NCBI GenBank assembly: GCA_012519875.1
Contig: JAAYPL010000079.1
Coordinates: forward strand, 1 to 36,506
DNA: 36,506 nt
Reading direction: 5' to 3'
Source: Clostridiaceae bacterium
Lineage (GTDB): Bacteria; Bacillota; Clostridia; Saccharofermentanales; UBA5734
How positions within the stretch are numbered: position 1 is the stretch's first letter; the number at the start of each line of letters is the position of its first letter. Of the stretch, positions 1 to 9,640 are shown in pieces. The translations under genes and the position numbers were made by a program. The notes beneath the pieces are model-generated. The model saw nothing but the letters and a program-made list of their open reading frames with translations. It was not told the origin of the DNA and searched no databases.

Positions 1-137
1 ATGCGCCCGGCCAAGAACAAACACAACATTACCAAGCTCCCAATCACCAGTGGTGGCAGTGTCCGAGGTGTCGCCAAACCAATCAAGGCAGGTTTTGCAG
101 AAATTGCGGTTTTCAAAATCCAAACCAGGGATAACAC
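1..137 (-). CDS. Possible 5' end of a membrane-protein gene running off the left edge (very tentative)
   Basis: The reverse strand reads GTG (137..135) then LSLVWILKTAISAKPALIGLATPRTLPPLVIGSLVMLCLFLAGR with no stop before position 1. AGGAG (ctcct at 142..146 on +) lies 4 nt upstream. The composition is hydrophobic and TM-like. No family was recognised. Confidence 0.25.
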   Translation of the reverse strand, partial: MLSLVWILKTAISAKPALIGLATPRTLPPLVIGSLVMLCLFLAGR

Positions 138-162
138 GGCGCTCCTAAGAGCGATGTATCCG

Positions 163-191
163 TTGAGCGCCTTGACAACCTGTGTTACGAT
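163..191 (+). promoter_or_regulatory. Putative sigma-A-type promoter, TTGAGC-17-TACGAT with TG at -15/-14 (copy A of a duplicated block)
   Basis: TTGAGC at 163..168, a 17-nt spacer, TACGAT at 186..191, about 30 nt upstream of the 224 ATG. Nearly the same 40-nt block recurs at 3767..3805. Confidence 0.4.
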
Positions 192-223
192 GTGATCAAG
201 CCTAATTTCAGGAGGCAAGATTT

Positions 224-1429
224 ATGAAAAAAGTTCTTGTTGATCAGGCACTTGAAAAAGGCAAAGGTGTTTTAAGATTGGCACCGACTTGGGTTCCCCG
301 CGCCTTCTGCAGGCCGGGACGCCGTTTGAAACTTCATCCGGACGATTATTTTTCGTTAGGGTTAAAGCGCGGCGGCATTGATGAACGTTGGCTTTCCTCT
401 GCCACACCTGCCGATAACGGCCCCGGTACGCCTGGTGATGAAGGCTTAAGTTATATTGTGATTGATGATGATGGGAAAGAAAAGGTGATGTTGGCTGAAG
501 CTGTCGATCTGCTTGGCGAAGATCTGATTGGTCCGCAGCTGTGGGGAAAGTATGGAAAATGGCCCATGTTCTCAAAGTTTTTTGACAATCTTGGCCCATT
601 GCCGCACCACATCCATCATCGTGACCGGCACGCGGAAAAAGTCGGTCAGGCCGGAAAACCGGAAATGTATTTCTTTCCGGCTCAGATGAACAATTATCCT
701 GGAGAATTCGCTTATACATTTTTCGGATTTAATCCTGAAGTCACGAAACAGCAGGTTCGCGAATGTCTGATGAATTTTGAAAAAGGCGATAACCACATTC
801 TGGAATTGAGCCGTGCATACAAGCTGCGGGTTGATACGGGATGGGATGTTCCGCCGGGCGTCCTTCACGCACCGGGAAGCTTATGTACCTATGAGCCCCA
901 GTTCTCATCTGATGTCTATGCCATGTATCAATCTGTTCTTTTTGCAGATCATGTTACACCGCCGGAGTTGCTGTGGAAAAATATGCCGGAAAGTGAGTAT
1001 GGCAATTATGACTACCTGATGGATGTCATTGACTGGGAAAGGAATATTGATCCCGATTTTGCTCAGAAACATTTTATGCCGCCCATCCGAATCAACAATC
1101 GTGATGAGCAGCCCGGTTTGATCGAGGAATGGATTTGCTACAAATGCGATCAAGTCAGTGCTCAGCGATTGACCCTTTATCCCGATTCCAGCGCAGTCAT
1201 TAAGGATGAGGCCGCATATGGCTTAATTTTGATTCAAGGACACGGCAGTATTAATGGGCAGATCATGGAAACCCCATCAATGATCAGGTACGGGCAGCTT
1301 ACGAGGGATGAGTTTTTTGTTTCCCATCATGCTGCCAAACAAGGTGTCACGCTTGTAAACAATGCTTTATCCGAGCCGCTGGTTTTGCTGAAACATTTTG
1401 CCGAAAACCCTGAGATCCCGATTACATAA
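224..1429 (+). CDS. Cupin-fold sugar isomerase-like protein resembling type I phosphomannose isomerase; exact family uncertain
   Basis: 401-aa ORF with GGAGG at 211..215, 8 nt before the ATG. Motifs LKLHPDDYF, LPHHIHHRD, GKPEMYFFP and GVLHAPGSLCTYEP resemble the metal-site motifs of PMI-type cupins. The assignment is from memory of the family, not a search. Confidence 0.6.
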   Translation: MKKVLVDQALEKGKGVLRLAPTWVPRAFCRPGRRLKLHPDDYFSLGLKRGGIDERWLSSATPADNGPGTPGDEGLSYIVIDDDGKEKVMLAEAVDLLGEDLIGPQLWGKYGKWPMFSKFFDNLGPLPHHIHHRDRHAEKVGQAGKPEMYFFPAQMNNYPGEFAYTFFGFNPEVTKQQVRECLMNFEKGDNHILELSRAYKLRVDTGWDVPPGVLHAPGSLCTYEPQFSSDVYAMYQSVLFADHVTPPELLWKNMPESEYGNYDYLMDVIDWERNIDPDFAQKHFMPPIRINNRDEQPGLIEEWICYKCDQVSAQRLTLYPDSSAVIKDEAAYGLILIQGHGSINGQIMETPSMIRYGQLTRDEFFVSHHAAKQGVTLVNNALSEPLVLLKHFAENPEIPIT

Positions 1430-1533
1430 GCAATCAAACAGTATTGTTCAGGTTCCGATAGAATGGCAGTAAGCACGAAGTAATTTCAATCAGGATCCTT
1501 GATAAAAGGCATATCGTAAGGAGGGTTTTCATA

Positions 1534-2607
1534 ATGGTTGATACTCTGAGCCAAAACATGTCCCGACAAGATATCTTGCGTCGTACAGGACATATCTCAC
1601 AGGTTGCCCATGCTCGCCCCTTTGAATTTACAAGTGGGAAAGGGACGGGCTGTAAAGCGATCGGGGTAGTAACGGGTGGCGGCCTTGAATTTACAGTCCT
1701 GCAGGATCGTTGCCTGGACGTGCTTGATCTTCGATACAAGGGCGTTAATCTAAGCTTCATCGCAAAGCCGGGCGTGACGTCGCCGCAATTTTTCGTTCCT
1801 CATGACCAGTTCCGGTACTACTTTAATGGAGGTTTTTTGTATACATGCGGCTTACGCAATGTAGGTACATCGACAAATGAAAACGGAGAAGAGCATCCGA
1901 TGCACGGCCGTATAGGCGCAATTCCTGCTGAAAACGTTGGAATATCCACACGCTGGCAAGAAAACCAATATGTGATCAGTATATCAGGTGAAATGAGGGA
2001 AGCATCATTATTTGGTGAAAACCTGGTTTTGAGCCGTCGCATTGAAACTCAAATGGGTTCCAAACGAATCGAAATTTTCGATCGACTTACCAACGAAAAT
2101 TGTCGGCCTGAGGAAATCATGTTGCTTTATCACATGAACTTCGGATTCCCCTTTTTAGGGCCCGATCTACGGTTGATGCTGCCTTCTTCTACGGAAACCT
2201 CGCCGCGGGATGAAGATGCAGCCCAAGGAATGAAGGACTATAAAGTTTTTACCGACCCCATTGATGGCTACCGTGAACAATGCTTTTATCATACTTTGGG
2301 ATCGGATTCGGACGGGAATACTTGCGCGCTTCTTTACAATCAAAGCTTGAACATTGCCGTATCCTTGCGTTACAACGTAAACCAGCTGCCTACCATGACA
2401 CAATGGAAATGCATGGCTTCCGGAGATTATGCCCTGGGGATAGAGCCGGCCAACTGTCACGTCGGCGGGCGAACAGCAGAACGCGAAAGAGGCTCTTTGA
2501 AGTCGCTTGCGGGTTTCGAATCTATGAACATCAAACTGGATATAACTGTATTGGAAGGGGACGAAATTCCATTGTTCCTCCAGACATGCGGATTGCGACT
2601 GGAATGA
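1534..2607 (+). CDS. Aldose 1-epimerase-like protein (DUF4432 family)
   Basis: 357-aa ORF with AAGGAGG upstream. TGGGLEFTVLQDRCLDVLDLRYKGVNLSF and HGRIGAIPA are typical of DUF4432/galactose-mutarotase-like proteins. Confidence 0.75.
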   Translation: MVDTLSQNMSRQDILRRTGHISQVAHARPFEFTSGKGTGCKAIGVVTGGGLEFTVLQDRCLDVLDLRYKGVNLSFIAKPGVTSPQFFVPHDQFRYYFNGGFLYTCGLRNVGTSTNENGEEHPMHGRIGAIPAENVGISTRWQENQYVISISGEMREASLFGENLVLSRRIETQMGSKRIEIFDRLTNENCRPEEIMLLYHMNFGFPFLGPDLRLMLPSSTETSPRDEDAAQGMKDYKVFTDPIDGYREQCFYHTLGSDSDGNTCALLYNQSLNIAVSLRYNVNQLPTMTQWKCMASGDYALGIEPANCHVGGRTAERERGSLKSLAGFESMNIKLDITVLEGDEIPLFLQTCGLRLE

Positions 2608-2704
2608 TCGCAAAACGCGTTTTGCGAGAGTCACTTCCACTTGTTTGCTAATATGAAAGCCAACCATTAACGGCATGCTGTGCCGGAAAAAGCCGGAGAG
2701 ATGA

Positions 2705-3595
2705 TCAGATTTTAGGCCTTGTGTGGCGGTCTACCTGGGTCAGGCGGGCATCAGGGTTATTATGGCGCCGGCCCGGATCTTCAATTGAATCGAGCACAGC
2801 CATTTCCTCCGAATTCAGCCGGAAATCGAAAATTGCCGTATTCTCCACCATCCGACCGCAATCATAGGAGCTCGGGATGGCAATCGTGTCGTGCTGATAA
2901 ACCCAGCGCAGGATAATTTGAGCTTGTGTTTTGTTGTATTTTTTGCAGATTTCCGACAATTCGGCGAACTCTTTCCCAATGCCTGCAAGCGGACTGTAGG
3001 CGATCGTCCGGATTCCGTGCGCCCGGCAGAACCGGCGAATGTCATATTGGCAGAAACCGATATTCATCTCGATCTCGTTGGCCATCACCGGTATTTCAGC
3101 GGCTGCCATCAGCGGTTGAAGATGGTGTTCCAGAAAATTGCTGACGCCAATGGCACGCAGCTTGCCGTCTCGATAACATTTTTCCATGGCTCGCCAGGTC
3201 TCGAGGTTCATTTGCTGCCAATCATCTTCGTGGCCGGCTGCTACCGGCCAGTGGATGAGGTAGAGATCAATGTAATCAAAACCCAGGTCCGTCAGCGACT
3301 CCTCGATGACCGCAAGCGTGGAATCATATCCTTGATCCTGGTCCCAGACTTTACTGACGACGAAAAAATCCTCTCGCGGCACGCCCGATTGCCGCAAGGC
3401 ATCACCGATGCTGCGTTCGTTCCTGTAAACGCTGGCGGTGTCGAAAAGCCGATATCCGGATTGGGTGGCGTATTTGTTCATTTCGACGGATATTTCGGTG
3501 CTGACCATGTGTCTGTAAGTACCAAAGCCGAGACAGGGAATTTGCACGCCGTTGGACAGCGTCCAGCGGTCAGAGAAAGAACCGAATGTTGTCAT
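2705..3595 (-). CDS. Aldo/keto reductase (2,5-diketo-D-gluconate reductase-like)
   Basis: 296-aa ORF with AKR signatures LGFGTY, FDTASVYRNE, LYLIHWP, IGVSNF and IAYSPL. Confidence 0.9.
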   Translation of the reverse strand: MTTFGSFSDRWTLSNGVQIPCLGFGTYRHMVSTEISVEMNKYATQSGYRLFDTASVYRNERSIGDALRQSGVPREDFFVVSKVWDQDQGYDSTLAVIEESLTDLGFDYIDLYLIHWPVAAGHEDDWQQMNLETWRAMEKCYRDGKLRAIGVSNFLEHHLQPLMAAAEIPVMANEIEMNIGFCQYDIRRFCRAHGIRTIAYSPLAGIGKEFAELSEICKKYNKTQAQIILRWVYQHDTIAIPSSYDCGRMVENTAIFDFRLNSEEMAVLDSIEDPGRRHNNPDARLTQVDRHTRPKI

Positions 3596-3766
3596 AGGAT
3601 GACCAGCCTTTCATCAGGATATATTTCATATGATCACAATACTTGTAATAATATGTTATGCATTGCGTGCAGTAGTGTCAATAAACCAATAAACCGATTG
3701 TCTTGCCAACGCTGGTCGCTGCGGGGAAATACATGCCGTTTCAACGTTCAAAAGCAGCGAGCCCCC

Positions 3767-3795
3767 TTGAGCGCTTTGGCATCCTGTGCTACGAT
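3767..3795 (+). promoter_or_regulatory. Putative sigma-A-type promoter, TTGAGC-17-TACGAT (copy B of the duplicated block)
   Basis: TTGAGC at 3767..3772, a 17-nt spacer, TACGAT at 3790..3795, about 50 nt upstream of the GH43 ATG at 3845. The block 3767..3805 aligns with 163..202. Confidence 0.4.
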
Positions 3796-3844
3796 GTGCC
3801 AAGCCGAAGAAGGAATACTTGCGCCGGCAATCGGAAAGTACAGG

Positions 3845-4804
3845 ATGATGAAAACGAATGAGATAAATATCCGTGACCCATATATTCTTCTCCATGATGA
3901 CCGATATTATCTGTACGGCACCAGAAGCGCCTCGTGCTGGGGACCCATGGATGGCTTTGACTGCTATGTCAGTGATGATCTGGAGAATTGGTCCGGCCCT
4001 GTTGAGATTTTCCACAATCATGGTGATTTCTGGGCAGACAACAGCTACTGGGCGCCGGAATGCTGCTTTTATCAGAATGCCTTTTATCTGGTAGCGACCT
4101 TCGGGTCGAAAACCCGCAACAAAGGCATTCAGGTTCTGCGCTCTGAGTCACCGACCGGCCCTTTCACGCCTCACAGCCCCGGGCCGGTCACACCGGCCGA
4201 ATGGGTCTGTATCGACGGTACGCTGTACTTTGACCGGGAAAGCAAGCCGTTTTTAATATTCAGCCTTTCGTTTGAAACCGATAAAAATGGCGGGATGTAT
4301 GGAATGGAGTTGACCGCTGACTTGAAAGCGGCAGCCGGGGTTCCGCAGCTGCTGTTCAACGCAGCCGAAGCCGGTTGGCCCGTGCCGATTCCGTTTGCCA
4401 AAGAAATGGGCGTTGATGGCATAGCCTATCTCTCGGACGGGCCATGCCTGTTCCGTACGCCCGACGGTAAACTGCTGATCATCTGGTCCAGCTGGTCATC
4501 CAAAGGTTACGCCGTCGGCATGGCGGTTTCGGATAACAATGAGCTTGACGGGAAATGGCAGCATCTCAAGCGATTGCTGGTTCCGGAAAACGGCGGACAC
4601 GGCATGATGTTCCGTAATAAGAACCATGAGTGGATGTATACCTATCATTACCCCAATGACTTTGGTCTTGAAAGGCCTCGGTTCATCCACGTTGAAGAGG
4701 ATTTTTATGATCAGGACGAGCTCTCAAAAGGCACCTCAGCTGAACAAACGGAACAATACAAACCCCATACCAAACACAAAAAACCGCCAGAGCAGCCACT
4801 CTGA
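3845..4804 (+). CDS. Glycoside hydrolase family 43 protein (beta-xylosidase/alpha-L-arabinofuranosidase-like)
   Basis: The track ORF 2891..4804 is trimmed to the in-frame ATG at 3845, because the upstream part is antisense to the AKR gene. MMKTNEINIRDPYILLHDDRYYLYGT, WAPE and DGP match the GH43 five-bladed propeller N-terminus. Product is 319 aa. Confidence 0.85.
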   Translation: MMKTNEINIRDPYILLHDDRYYLYGTRSASCWGPMDGFDCYVSDDLENWSGPVEIFHNHGDFWADNSYWAPECCFYQNAFYLVATFGSKTRNKGIQVLRSESPTGPFTPHSPGPVTPAEWVCIDGTLYFDRESKPFLIFSLSFETDKNGGMYGMELTADLKAAAGVPQLLFNAAEAGWPVPIPFAKEMGVDGIAYLSDGPCLFRTPDGKLLIIWSSWSSKGYAVGMAVSDNNELDGKWQHLKRLLVPENGGHGMMFRNKNHEWMYTYHYPNDFGLERPRFIHVEEDFYDQDELSKGTSAEQTEQYKPHTKHKKPPEQPL

Positions 4805-4811
4805 CGGTTTT
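4778..4811. terminator. Bidirectional rho-independent terminator shared by GH43 (+) and tRNA-Arg (-)
   Basis: aaaaaaCCGCCAGAG-cagcca-CTCTGACGGtttt forms a 9-bp stem with one C/A mismatch, flanked by an A-run 5' and a T-run 3'. It overlaps the GH43 stop codon (4802..4804). Confidence 0.5.
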
Positions 4812-4816
4812 AACGA

Positions 4817-4893
4817 TGGTGATCCCGAGAGGATTCGAACCTCCGGCCTGCGGTTTAGGAAACCGACGCTCTATCCGGCTGAGCTACGGGACC
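4817..4893 (-). tRNA. tRNA-Arg (anticodon CCU), CCA encoded
   Basis: The reverse complement GGTCCCGTAGCTCAGCCGGATAGAGCGTCGGTTTCCTAAACCGCAGGCCGGAGGTTCGAATCCTCTCGGGATCACCA folds as a cloverleaf. It has a 7-bp acceptor stem, GCTC/GAGC D stem, anticodon loop TTCCTAA (U33, CCT, A37), GGAGG/CCTCT T stem and a TTCGAAT T loop. Confidence 0.93.
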
Positions 4894-4906
4894 GGCTGCA
4901 GAAGTA

Positions 4907-4935
4907 ATTGTAGGGGATCGTTGTCACCCTGTCAA
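4907..4935 (-). promoter_or_regulatory. Near-consensus sigma-A promoter for tRNA-Arg (TTGACA-17-TACAAT)
   Basis: On the minus strand, TTGACA (4935..4930), a 17-nt spacer and TACAAT (4912..4907). The -10 ends about 13 nt upstream of the tRNA 5' end at 4893. Confidence 0.55.
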
Positions 4936-4976
4936 TGTACCGGATGCTTCGCACAGGCCCGATGGTCCGATACGGA

Positions 4977-5603
4977 TTATTCGCTTGCCGGCTCTTCGGC
5001 GGGTGTGGTTTCTCCGACAGCGAAAGTTTCGTCTTCGGTCTCGCCTGTTTCGGGCAGAGCTCTGATTCGGTGTGGTTTGACGATTGCATAGACTTCGTCT
5101 TCCGGGTCGGTGATTTTAATTTCTTCATCAATCTGAAAGTTGGTTGCTAAAATGGTGTCATCGGCCTCCATTTCGCTGACATCGACATTCAGATATTCCG
5201 GCAGCAAAGATACCGGACCGGTCATACCCATCTCGTTGCGGATAATATTTAATTGCAGAAAACGATTTTCCAAGCCCTCTAGGCCGTAGTAGTTGATCGG
5301 GACCTGCATTCTAACTTCCTGATGCTGAGTAACCAGCTGAATGGACACGTGCAATAATCTTCCGTCGACAACGTCTTTCTGTATTTCTCTAATGAAACCA
5401 AACTCTCTTTTCCCGTCGGTTTCGACCCAGATTCGGGCGTTGGAGCCCTGCTTGGCAATGACCCGGTTGAGCGTAACGGCGTCAAACTGGACCGGATATG
5501 ATGATGTATCGGTTTTGTTGAGTACGGCCGGAATAAATCCGGATCTCCTGATTTGGCCGGGCTTGCCGGATCGGTTCTGGGCGACCAGGACAATCTTCTC
5601 CAT
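4977..5603 (-). CDS. ctc: 50S ribosomal protein L25 / general stress protein Ctc (long form with acidic C-terminal tail)
   Basis: 208-aa ORF with AAGGAG upstream. RRSGFIPAVL, the HVSIQLV beta-barrel region and the acidic tail are typical of Ctc-type L25. Confidence 0.88.
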   Translation of the reverse strand: MEKIVLVAQNRSGKPGQIRRSGFIPAVLNKTDTSSYPVQFDAVTLNRVIAKQGSNARIWVETDGKREFGFIREIQKDVVDGRLLHVSIQLVTQHQEVRMQVPINYYGLEGLENRFLQLNIIRNEMGMTGPVSLLPEYLNVDVSEMEADDTILATNFQIDEEIKITDPEDEVYAIVKPHRIRALPETGETEDETFAVGETTPAEEPASE

Positions 5604-5696
5604 GGGGTTGCTCCTTTCTGTATATACCGAACGATTTTATTTGTTTGATCGTATCGGTAAATGGCTGAAATTGATAAGCTCAACTAGCCAGAACAC

Positions 5697-5705
5697 ATTA
5701 TACCA
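5697..5705 (-). promoter_or_regulatory. Possible extended -10 promoter (TGGTATAAT) for ctc
   Basis: The minus strand reads TGGTATAAT about 90 nt upstream of the ctc ATG. The -35 is weak. Confidence 0.35.
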
Positions 5706-5829
5706 CTTACAAGACTTCCACGCTAATGCCGAATGCGGGGGTTCTGTTCAAATGGCCGGATTTCCGTATAATAGTAGGTGGTCGACCCCAAATGCGGTGG
5801 ACTGATTTTATCGGAGAGAAAGGATTCGG

Positions 5830-6246
5830 ATGACGGGGTCCAAACGGGAATCATGGCGCCGTTGGCTGAAGTGGGGCGATTTTGTTATTGTGGCCCTCGT
5901 TGTTTTGTTGGCGGTTGCCTTGCTGCTGATAATGCCGGGTCGACTTGGCGATTCGCGGGTAGAGGCCTGTCTGATGTGTGACGGAAAGATCCTTCGCCGG
6001 TGGACAGAAGAGGAGCTGCGTGCTGGTGGTGAAACGACGATCGAAACTCACGGTTATCATTACACGATTGTCTGGGAGCGGGGGCGCATACGCTTTGCCG
6101 AAGCGGACTGCCCGGATCAGGTTTGTGTCCGGACCGGCTGGCTGAAATCGGGAGGGAACCTGGCGGCCTGCGTACCGGGACACCTGGTTCTTAAAATCAG
6201 CGGGGCAACATCGGCACCGGCAGAGCCGGATGTGATTGTCCGATGA
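5830..6246 (+). CDS. NusG domain II-containing membrane-anchored protein
   Basis: 138-aa ORF with an N-terminal TM segment (FVIVALVVLLAVALLLI) and a CPDQVCV motif. It is immediately upstream of, and overlaps (ATGA), a Gx-transporter gene, which is the usual pairing for this family. Confidence 0.7.
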   Translation: MTGSKRESWRRWLKWGDFVIVALVVLLAVALLLIMPGRLGDSRVEACLMCDGKILRRWTEEELRAGGETTIETHGYHYTIVWERGRIRFAEADCPDQVCVRTGWLKSGGNLAACVPGHLVLKISGATSAPAEPDVIVR

Positions 6247-6788
6247 CCGGAAAAGCCACAACAGCTATCGAGCAGCGTGAAAGGTTGCGTCGCCTGGCCA
6301 TCAATGCGGTCTTGATCGCGCTGGCTCTGGCTTTGTCCATCTTGGAGCGTTGGATTCCGCTGGATTTGTTGGTTCCGATTCCGGGTATCAAGCTGGGCTT
6401 GGCCAATGTTGTTACTCTGTACGCCTTGATGCGGCTACGGCCGTTGAACGCATGGATTATCCTGGTGGCGCGGAGCTTGTTCATGGGGGCTGTTTCCGGT
6501 TTGACCACATTTCTTTTTTCGCTGGCCGGCGGTGTACTGGCTCTGCTGACTATGTGGCTGCTCTGCCGGCTGGAGGGCCGGGTTGTTTCCCTTATCGGTA
6601 TCAGCATCGCCGGTGCCGCTTTACACAACATCGGTCAGGTGACCGTCGCCAGTCTGCTGCTGAGTGAGCCGCTTTTATTTTCAACCTATCTGCCGCTACT
6701 GTTGCTGACCGGTCTGTTGACCGGCTTGTTGACCGGAGTTGCCGCCTGGCCGGTGATCCGCAACCTGCCTGTACGGCCGGCTTTGTGA
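6243..6788 (+). CDS. Gx transporter family protein (formerly 'heptaprenyl diphosphate synthase component I'-like)
   Basis: 181-aa polytopic membrane ORF. The LGLANVVTLYAL and LHNIGQV motifs are typical of this family. Confidence 0.7.
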   Translation: MTGKATTAIEQRERLRRLAINAVLIALALALSILERWIPLDLLVPIPGIKLGLANVVTLYALMRLRPLNAWIILVARSLFMGAVSGLTTFLFSLAGGVLALLTMWLLCRLEGRVVSLIGISIAGAALHNIGQVTVASLLLSEPLLFSTYLPLLLLTGLLTGLLTGVAAWPVIRNLPVRPAL

Positions 6789-6795
6789 GGAAGAC

Positions 6796-7392
6796 ATGAC
6801 CGACAAGTATCTAATTTCGATTGGCATTCTGATCGCTATTTTTATCCTTTTGCCGATATTTAGCCGACCACTGGTTCCATTTAATCTGGCCGTCCGGCAG
6901 TTTGTCAGCAAACACCGCAGTATGCGGCTCAGATCCCTGATGATTTTCACCCATCGATACAATGATTTTCTTTCCTTTTCCATTCAACTGCTTTTTCTGG
7001 CCCTGCTGCTTGGATTGGTTTGGCGCGATTGGCGCCGTGCCGGTGTTCTTTTGATCGCGATGTTTATTCAGACTACAATAATCACCTTGTTTAAACGCCT
7101 GACGTCCATCGACCGGCCGCCTCAACTTGTTTCGCATATCGTGATGACGTCCGGCTCTTATCCGAGCGGACACAGCGCCGCCAGCCTGACCTTTGCCCTG
7201 TTGGTTCCTCTTGTGCTCATGCCTTACGTAAGTCAGGCGGTCACCATTATCTTAGGAGCATTGCTCGGTTGTGTGGCCCTTTTGACGGCTTATGGCCGGT
7301 TATATCTGGATGTGCACTGGTTTACCGATGTTATCGGCGGCTGGTTGTTGTCGGTCGCGATCTTTTTGCTCAGCATCGGGTTTTTGACCTGA
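6796..7392 (+). CDS. PAP2-family membrane phosphatase
   Basis: 198-aa ORF with the tripartite PAP2 motif: KRLTSIDRPP, PSGHSAA and YGRLYLDVHWFTDVIGG. Confidence 0.85.
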   Translation: MTDKYLISIGILIAIFILLPIFSRPLVPFNLAVRQFVSKHRSMRLRSLMIFTHRYNDFLSFSIQLLFLALLLGLVWRDWRRAGVLLIAMFIQTTIITLFKRLTSIDRPPQLVSHIVMTSGSYPSGHSAASLTFALLVPLVLMPYVSQAVTIILGALLGCVALLTAYGRLYLDVHWFTDVIGGWLLSVAIFLLSIGFLT

Positions 7393-7437
7393 TTTTGTTT
7401 GACTCTGCTATAATAAGCAAGTTGACAGGAGAGTCTT

Positions 7438-9431
<1,994 letters not shown>

Positions 9432-9588
9432 CCAACCGGATAGGATATAGGTAAAAGGCCTGTGAACAGGGCGTTTGAGCAAAATGTCAAAAACATGTTC
9501 GGTTTGGATGAAGAAAGAAATGAAAAGGCGACATCCCCTGTTTTCAGGCGTTTACAAGGTCAAAACCGTGAAACCCGTTGTCCTGTAG

Positions 9589-9618
9589 TTATGCACAGAG
9601 TTTTCCACATTATCCACA
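9589..9618 (+). promoter_or_regulatory. Cluster of three tandem, same-orientation DnaA-box-like 9-mers
   Basis: TTATGCACA (9589..9597, 1 mismatch), TTTTCCACA (9601..9609, 1 mismatch) and TTATCCACA (9610..9618, perfect) against the consensus TTATCCACA. The cluster ends 8 nt upstream of the proA SD, GGGAGG (9626..9631). Confidence 0.5.
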
Positions 9619-9640
9619 TTTTCCCGGGAGGTGATCTGTA

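Noticed and set aside
1-195. The + strand ORF of 64 aa at the left edge.
   Set aside because: The sequence is not protein-like, there is no RBS, and it overlaps the promoter block of the next gene. A minus-strand hydrophobic reading frame with an AGGAG-GTG start (listed at low confidence) explains the region at least as well.
2609-2626. A perfect 18-nt palindrome, CGCAAAACGCGTTTTGCG, between the convergent DUF4432 and AKR genes.
   Set aside because: It could be a weak bidirectional terminator. It lacks flanking T/A runs and has an 8-bp AT-rich stem with a 2-nt loop. There is not enough evidence to call it a terminator or an operator.
2891-3844. The N-terminal 318 codons of the 637-aa ORF 2891..4804, which would make a giant GH43 fusion.
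   Set aside because: This stretch is the antisense shadow of the aldo/keto reductase gene (2705..3595) plus intergenic DNA. It has no protein-like motifs. The GH43 homology starts exactly at the ATG at 3845.
6701-6740. A short tandem DNA repeat (ctgaccggt ctgttgaccggc ttgttgaccgga) encoding LTGLLTGLLTG.
   Set aside because: It lies inside the last TM segment of the Gx transporter and is in frame. It is only about three units, so it is most simply a low-complexity hydrophobic helix rather than a functional repeat element.
9484-9588. A 34-aa basic small ORF (MSKTCSVWMKKEMKRRHPLFSGVYKVKTVKPVVL) upstream of proA.
   Set aside because: There is no Shine-Dalgarno before the ATG, no recognisable family, and the composition is consistent with chance in an AT-richer spacer.
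9589-9618. Whether the DnaA boxes mark a replication origin (oriC).
   Set aside because: There are only three boxes. There is no flanking AT-rich unwinding element or DnaA-trio-like repeats, and no dnaA/dnaN/rpmH nearby. The boxes sit in a 200-nt spacer between metabolic genes.
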